A DNA stretch of 38,569 nt from Thraustochytrium aureum. Its lineage: Eukaryota. A program made the translations under genes and the position numbers. The notes below the pieces were generated by a model. It worked only from the letters and a program-made list of their open reading frames with translations. It had not been told where the DNA came from and made no database searches. Positions 31,622-38,569 of the stretch are shown here, in pieces (position 1 is the stretch's first letter; every line of letters begins with the position of its first letter). The stretch is from contig BLSG01000333.1 in NCBI GenBank assembly GCA_012862495.1, positions 30,187 through 68,755 on the forward strand, in the 5' to 3' direction.

Positions 31622-34600
31622 ATGAAGGGCATGCTGCGCGTCGCCGCGGCGGCAGCCGTGGCCCTCTTGGCGGCGACCGTCACGAGCGCCGCCGACGATT
31701 GCGCAGAGTGCGATCGTGTCGAGAGTTTGCTCAGCGTTACCCTTAGCGCAGAAGCGAAGGCTCAGATCAAGCAAGACACGCGATCTCGCACGGATGACGG
31801 GCGCGTGGTTGTGCAAGCCGCCGGGGCGTCGTTTCCTTACCGCCTGTACGACGACTCGATCTTCGCGTACCAGTTCAAGGAGCAGGGTGTCCGTGTCTCG
31901 TACGTGTCGACGGGCTCTGGCAAAGGCCAATGCAGAATCAGGGATTACTGGGAGGAATGCAGCAACCCCTACCGGCCGACTGGCTCGAAGGACGACAAGA
32001 TCTCCCCGCTCTACGTCGATTTCGCTGGCTCGGACTCCGTGTTTAAAGATTCCGATTTCGCTGAATACCCCGACCTGCAAATGTTCCCCGCTGTCGCCGG
32101 CGCAGTCGTGCCCATCTACAACCTTCCGTCCCTCGGAAACCACACGCTCGTTCTGGGCTTCGAGGAGCTCTCGCGCATCTTTCGCAAGTGCACCAACGAA
32201 ACTGAGGCCGAGCTCAACGCGGAGTTCAATTCGAGCAAGACCTGCGCAGAGAACTCTATTGGGCATTGGGGCCACGAGGACATCGTCAAGTACAATGAGG
32301 AGGTGAGGGATCAGCTGATCGCCGCCGGGCCGATCGAGGTCGTTGTGCGCTTGGACGAATCTGGGACGACTGAGATTTGGCGTCAGTCGCTCAGCAAGTT
32401 TGACGATTATAACACGCAGGTCGGCGAAGGCAAGGACAACTCAGAGTACTTTGCCAATGTGACCAAGCACGACACCAACATTGGTGTCGCCGGTTATGTG
32501 GCCGTCACGCAAGGCACGATAGGCTACTCTGTCCTTGGCGAGGCTCTGACGGTGGGTCTTTCCGTTGCAAGTCTCACCAAAGTCGCCGGCGCCGAACCTG
32601 TCGTTGCGTCAACCGAATCGGTGAACAACGCAATGGTGGAGCGCGGCCTCGACTTTGGCACCGGTGAAGCTGCCAAAGAACGCCTCATTGCAGACATCTC
32701 GCGCGCCGAAGGCTCACAGGCCTGGCCAATCGTCGGCTACACCTACTTCGTGATCAGGAAGGACACGGTCCGCCCGGGCGCAACGATCGAAAACGTTCGC
32801 GCGACGCAAGACTTCTTCACTTGGTTCTACACGAACGACGTCCCCAAGAGCATCGCTCGCTCGCTCGGATTTTCGCCGCTTCCCGACTCGGTGCGCGACC
32901 GGGTCTTGGAGAGCGTGACGAAGAACATGCTGTTCAAAGGCAAAGCAGTCTACGTGCCGCCGTCGGATTCGTTGCCAAAGCTCAACTTTGCCGGCCTCGC
33001 GAGTCTCGAGAGCGTTTTTGCTGCCTATGAGCGCTCGTACGCGGTGCTCGACCCAACTGCCATTTTCGAGGCCCCTCAAGCCAGTATCGTCCAAGGAGGC
33101 CATCGTTGGCCAGAAGAGCGCCGCGTTTGGCGACATTTCCGCTGTGCTTGCGTCTGCTACATCGGAAGACGCTGGCGAGGGCCTTGTCGTGTTGCCATTC
33201 GCTGGCGTCGCTCTCGGCGCCATCGTCAACTTTTGCGGCTCCGATTCCGACTCGTGCTCTGTGATGAACCAGGCCGACGTCACGATGACGCTCGAAGTGC
33301 TTGCCAAGGTGCTCTCCAAGGAGATTACCATGTGGAACGACACTGCACTTACTCTCCTCTCCCCCCAGCTCGGAAACGTTCCAGAGCCAATCCTGGTTGT
33401 CGGAGTCGACGGCGACGACGAGCTTCAGGAGCGGTTCGTCGCGCTTATGCGGGAGATTACGGGGAAGCCAAGCTTCAACATCGTTCCAGACTTGAAAAAG
33501 GGCAACGTCGAGCAGCAGCGAAGTGCCATTGCGACGTTGCCGTATTCGATCGGCTTCACTGCGTTCATTGGGGACGTCTCGTTGCGCTTTTCCAAGACGG
33601 TCAAACTGAAGTATAAAGCCGAGTCTGAGCCAGCCGCTCCGACGTACGACGCGATATCCAAGTGCGCAGAGCCGATCAACTACAACTCGCTGGACAACAC
33701 CTTCAACTTTCGCAAGGCAGGTGAAAACACTATCGGCTGCTACCCGCTGGTCGAGGCCATCAATCTTGTCACTCGCTCATCGTACACCGGCTCAGCCAAC
33801 ACCGGCGAGGGCCCCGAGTGCAACAGACTCCTCACTGGCCCGGGACAAACCGCGGCCAAGTTTTTCGGTTTCATCTTCAACAACGTGCTCAACGGCGACC
33901 GCTCGGTTGAAGCCCCGCTGCGAACCCAGGGCCTCTTCCCGCTCCACTCTCTGCCTTTTGCGCGAGCCAACAATCTCAAGTTGCTGAACAGCATTACCTG
34001 CGATGGGGTCAGCATCCTTACGCCAACCGAGGAGCGCAACCTGATTCCGAAAGGCGTCATCATCTTTGCCTTCACGGTGGTTGGCTTTTTCGCCATTTTG
34101 TGCATCGGTTTTGGGTTTTGGATCAACTACAACCGCAAGCGCAAGATCGTGCTCATCTCCTCCCCGCCCTTCATGATCCAGATCCTCGTCGGGGCCGTTC
34201 TTTGTGTGTCCGCCATCATCCCGCTTGTAATGCAAGACGACGACTTCCTCGCTGAGGCGCAAGACACCATCAACTTCCAGAGCAACCCGAACGCGGTGCC
34301 GAACGATTATGCTATCCTTGACGCGGCATGCATTGCGGCCCCTATCCTCTACTCTGTGGGGTTCGTCATCCTGTACAGCTCGCTGTGGCTCAAGACCTGG
34401 CGCCTCGAGAAGATCTTCAACAACCCCAAACTGAAGCGCGTCTACATTACCAACAGGAGCATGCAATTCTACCAGGTCCTGCTCCTCCTGGTTGTCGTCG
34501 GACTCAACGTGGTCTGGGTTATCGTTGACCCGATGCACTGGGAGCGTGTGATTGTTCAGGAAGATGCCCAGAACAGAATCCTCGAGTCTTACGGGCGCTG

Positions 34601-35138
34601 CAGCTCTCCCAATAGCATCTATCTCGGCGCCCCACTCATGGGCATCCTGATTTTCAGCCTTCTCTACGGGCTGCTCCTCGTTTACAAGTCGCGCCGGATC
34701 CCCTCAGAGTTTGGCGAGGGCAAGTACATCGCCTTTAGCCTCGTCACGGCCTTCGAGTCGTTGATTCTCGGCATCCCGATCCTCTTTATCGCCGGCGACA
34801 ACCCCACCGCGCGGTTTTTCGTTTTGCTCACCATCATCTTGGCCACCTCGATCGCCACCGTGTGCTTCCTGTTTCTCCCCAAGGTGGTGTGGGTGTACAC
34901 GTGGGGCTGGGCCTCCAACTCCAACAGCGACTCGGGCGCGCGGTCGCAAACCATCACCGGCCAGACCTCGAAGCCGCGAATCGACGACATTACTGTGCAA
35001 TCTGGTAGTTTCATCGGTAGCTTTGGCGACGACCGCACTTACCAGGGTGCTGGTATGCGCTCGTTCCGTAACGCTTCCGACCGCCGACTCTCGAAGAGCA
35101 CGACCGATCGCCCCGACGAGGAGGACCAGTACGTCTAG
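31622..35138 (+). CDS. Signal peptide + two PstS-like (type 2 periplasmic-binding fold) domains + class C GPCR 7TM domain, about 1170 aa; one extra C in 33072-33075 splits it into two ORFs
   Basis: Signal MKGMLRVAAAAAVALLAATVTSA. PstS motifs AGASFP, TGSGKG, VDFAGSD, FPAVAGAVV.IYNLP, VVRLDESGTT, GTIGY, AWPI, FFTW and PLPDSV, then a second degenerate repeat. The 7TM region has ISSPPF, LKTWR, W..VDP, RRIPSEFGEGKYI and FLFLPK (GABA-B/7tm_3-like). Confidence 0.9.
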
Positions 35139-35567
35139 AGATTCCCAGTTTGCTGGCTGCCAATTGTGTGGCCGAGGCCAGCACCGCGTGCCCTGTGTTT
35201 TCCCACCCAGATGTTTTCCCAGATCAATGTTACACGATGTGAAAAATAGAGCTTAGTTTCCTCTCCTCTCCACTGACCGCGATGCCTCCGCGCGGATTGC
35301 GCTGCGACTCGACACCGGTTGTCTTCAGCAAGCCATCGCCTTGGTGGACCACCAGCCTGCTCGCGTACTCCACTTCCTGAACTCGTCGGAGCTCGAAACC
35401 TACTTCGCGTGCGACCATCCTCGTCGAGAATTTCAAAAAAAANNNNNNNNNNNNNNNNNNNNNNNNNNNNNNNNNNNNNNNNNNNNNNNNNNNNNNNNNN
35501 NNNNNNNNNNNNNNNNNNNNNNNNNNNNNNNNNNNNNNNNNNNNNNNNNNNNNNNNNNNNNNNNNNN

Positions 35568-35597
<30 letters not shown>
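35568..35597. repeat. (CAGG)n microsatellite at a gap edge
   Basis: About seven CAGG units directly follow gap 35443-35567. Confidence 0.85.
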
Positions 35598-35598
<1 letters not shown>

Positions 35599-35743
35599 CG
35601 CCGAGCAACGGACGCGTGCGCTGTGCCGCTGCTGTCTCTGTGCGATTAGGCGGTCGCGAGGCGCAGTCGAAAGTGCGCTTGCTGATTCCGCGCTCGCTCT
35701 GGCCACGGCCACTCGCACGCAAACTCTGGCCTGCTCGACCAGG

Positions 35744-37787
35744 ATGGCGCAGGAGGACGAGCCGGGGAGGAAGCGCAAGACGGAGAAGCGGGAAGAGACC
35801 GTGTTTGAGAACTTCTTGCCGAAGAATGGGGGCCAGCAGAAACGGGCGCGCAAAGCGACGTTTTTCGAGATGACCAAGGAGCTCAACCCAAACGCAGACG
35901 ACCCGGAGGCAATCAGCCTCCTTCGGGCCCAGCAAGCAGGTGGGGGCGACTCGATGGGCGAGGCCCCACGCGACTCGGGCACGGAGGCGGGCCGGGCGGC
36001 GAACGACGAAAACGTGGACGGCCGCCCTGGCTTGCGCGCCTTGCATGCAGCGCAGCCTCCCCGCGCAAACAAGGTCCCCTTGGAGGATGTTACCGGGGCA
36101 GACAGCAACTCTATGGAGCTATACTCGAACTTGATGGGCAAAGTCAACTCGAATCACCCGCCCATGCTTTCAGCAATCGGCCCCGGACTACATCGCCAAT
36201 CCGGCTCGCTCAGCGCACAGCTCCTGGACAATGCTGTCTCACTCCAGCAGTCCGACTCGGTACCGTTTTGGCGGACGAGGCGGAGCGCCCCCGCTCGCGC
36301 GGGCTCTAGCAACGCGGGCCCAAGCGCCAAGCCTGCACCGGTGCCCACCCACCGACTAGACCATGCTGCCGACAGCCTCCCGCAAAACTGGATGTTCTGC
36401 CGCGGTCTGTCGCTCGAAGCATCCCAGGAGGGCTCCTTCGACTGGATCGACACGCAAATGCACGACATGGCCCGAATGGGCGGAGTCGCTGCGGCCGCCT
36501 CAGCATCGTTGGCACCAGGGGGGGACGACGACAGAGCGAGCCCTGCGCAGCGACTCGCCCAGGGCCTGGCGTTCTTTGAGCACCCAGCAGACGACCTCGT
36601 TCCTGGGCTCTTTGGGATTCTCGCCAAACTCAAAGCGAACGCGAAGGACGCCTACCACAGCCAGTTTCGAATGGACGGCGGCGGCGAAGTTGGCGACGCC
36701 GTGAACGGAGCCTCCACAGCCGCTGACGCCGCCACGCTTGATGGTTCCGCAAAACCCGGCTGAGGGTACGGCAAGGACGCGAGACAATCAGTTCATGGCA
36801 ACAAGCAAGTCGCGCTTCGGCACCGCAGCAGATGGTGATGAGCTTGCCGGCACTCGGGCCGACCTGGATGGCGACGCGGCCAACGTTCTCTTTGACCGGC
36901 GCTGCGACTGGGGTGTCGCACTGCGGTCCCTTTCGAACCAGCTTCTCCGCGGCTCGTGCCCTTACTTTTACATGGTGGACCGTGAGGGCGCTGGGCCGCC
37001 CATTGTTGCACTGTTTTTAGGCTCGGGAGTCCCGGGAGGGGACCCGACGATGCCGCCTTGCGCGATGGTGTCGCGGTCCAGCAAGGCATTTCGGTGCCAG
37101 CTCAACAGGTGCAACGTTGCGTTCGAGAGCCCGCTGGATCCAGAGCCTCACGAAAGGCGACGCGGCGGTCGATGTCGACCTGCAAGACGAGCTCTTGGCC
37201 TACTCCAAGTCTACGGCGGCGGTGACGAACGCGGCCAAGACGCAACTGACGCGATCGTCTAGCACGGGGACGCCGGAGGACGAGACCCGATCCCTCTTGT
37301 TTTTTCGGGGCAGGCAGAGCGTTGCTGGCCTTGTCAACGTGTTGCTGAACAGAGTGGTCAAGCGCGCCGGGAGCCACCGAGTCCCCAAACTCACCGCCCC
37401 AGTGCTCTTCGCGAACGCAGCACCGCGGCTGCCCTCCTTCTCGCGGCCATCTGTGACTCGCAAGGCCGGGGCGCCTGCGCAGCAGCTGAGGAAGATGCTG
37501 CGGCCGGTCTGGTTGAGCGAGTGCAGCTTCGCGGGTTCGTTCCGCTTAACCGGCTGCCGCAGACATTGCAAGCTCTTGGCGCGCTGCATGCGGACCGCAC
37601 GGTTGACATCGAGCTCTTTGTGGACCAGTCCACGGCAGTCTTCAACGAGGCACTGTCCCGGATCGTCAGCCAAGCGAGGCGTGAGCGCCCCGAGCCGCCG
37701 CAGCCGGGGCCCGAACAGCGGCCTATCAGGGCCGCGACAAGGCTTCGCATTGACGGGCCGACCTCACGGGTTTCGTTCCGCGCCTAG
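35744..37787 (+). CDS. DONSON: DONSON-like DNA replication factor, with three apparent frameshifts (about 36755, 37140 and 37500)
   Basis: Ordered blocks LPQNW..SFDW, GLAFFEHP, DWGVALRSL..L..G.CPYFYMV, AMVSRSSKAFR..L....VAFESPL, SLLFFRG..V.GLVNVLLN, PKLTAPVLFANA, LRGFV and STAVFN parallel the conserved DONSON blocks (LPVDW, YWLHP, CPYFY, PPTLLSPVAF, PTAVFN). Confidence 0.8.
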
Positions 37788-37902
37788 TTCGGCCGAGCGC
37801 GCAGCCTTTGCGCTCATGTACTGACAAACATTCTGTGTGCTTGCTTCTTGGTTATGGCTCGGCAAGCACGTGGGCGTCCGCCCTGCACGCCTTTCGCAAT
37901 AT

Positions 37903-38569
37903 CTACTTGTCTTTCTTGTCTTCCTTTGGCGCGCGGTCGGCGCGCGCCTCGAGCTGCGCGATCTGCTCCAGCAGCCGCTCGTGCTCGCGTTGGAACCCCT
38001 TGGCCTGCTCCTTGATGACCGCCACCTCCTTGTCTGCCACGGCCACGCGATCCTTGAGCTGGACGTTTTCGCTCATGAGCTTCTCCAGTCGCGAGTCGTG
38101 CTCCGCGGAGGCCGAACTCCCGCCCTTCTTCATCGACTCCACCTCATCCAGCATCTTGAGCGACTGGTCGGAGGCCGCCTTGGCTTGCTTCTGCGTCGCG
38201 AAGAGGTTTTTCTCCATCCGTTCCACCGCGGCCTGCGCGGCCAGCATGCGTCCGCAAAGGCTCTGGCACAGCATAAAGCTAAACAGCAGCGCGCCAACCA
38301 GCAGCGAGCGGAGCAGCGCGACCTGGGCGGCGAGCCACCTCGGGTCCGTCTCGTACGCCGCGCGGTCTCGCCGCGAGGCTTGTACTCGACGAGCACCTTG
38401 CCGTTCTCAAGGAACGGCACCAGCGAGGTGGACGCAGCGGCCACGACTAGCACCCACCCAGGCTTGACCGCGAGCACGGCCTCCAGCACGCTGCGCGGCA
38501 GCGGGGCGGCCACCAGGCACAGCGGACGAGCAGGGCCGCCGCCATCCCATCCCCAAGACCTCACGTGCA
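37903..38569 (-). CDS. BAP29/BAP31-like ER membrane protein; 5' end uncertain or beyond the window; frameshift near 38360
   Basis: Hydrophobic segments (LCLVAAPLP, WLAAQVALLRSLLVGALLFSFML), then a coiled coil with AVIKEQAKGFQREHERLL (cf. KQAE.L..EYDRL) and a C-terminal KKxx ER-retrieval motif, KKDK-stop. Confidence 0.78.

Noticed and set aside
10148..38400. Frameshifts in many genes read as pseudogenes or programmed ribosomal frameshifting
   Set aside because: They occur in essential genes (eIF4A-III, DONSON), are isolated 1-2 nt indels often in homopolymers, and come without other decay or any shared slippery motif. Sequencing or consensus error is the simplest explanation.

Overview
A GC-rich, gene-dense, almost intron-free eukaryotic draft scaffold with 13 N-gaps. 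Gene content and style suggest a stramenopile protist, possibly a thraustochytrid or other labyrinthulomycete; this is inference. Many genes carry isolated 1-2 nt frameshifts, often in homopolymers, which look like sequencing errors, so the ORF track splits, truncates or falsely fuses several genes. Genes in order: Rab5-group GTPase (one GT-AG intron) head-to-head with a TBC/RabGAP-domain gene; IQ-motif protein; NIFK/Nop15 RRM protein; protein-L-isoaspartate O-methyltransferase; two tandem paralogous small membrane proteins; polyQ protein with two bHLH domains; large NAD-glutamate dehydrogenase; LarC (nickel-pincer cofactor Ni insertase); NCX Na/Ca exchanger; KDPG/KHG aldolase; eIF4A-III; a receptor made of a signal peptide, two PstS-like domains and a class C GPCR 7TM domain; DONSON; BAP31-like protein. 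Main highlights: the PstS-GPCR fusion (candidate extracellular phosphate receptor, with an intact phosphate site in domain 1), a eukaryotic LarC, a twin-bHLH factor, and three intergenic minisatellites sharing a CAAGGC..ACGC core. All family calls come from motif recognition by eye, not database searches.
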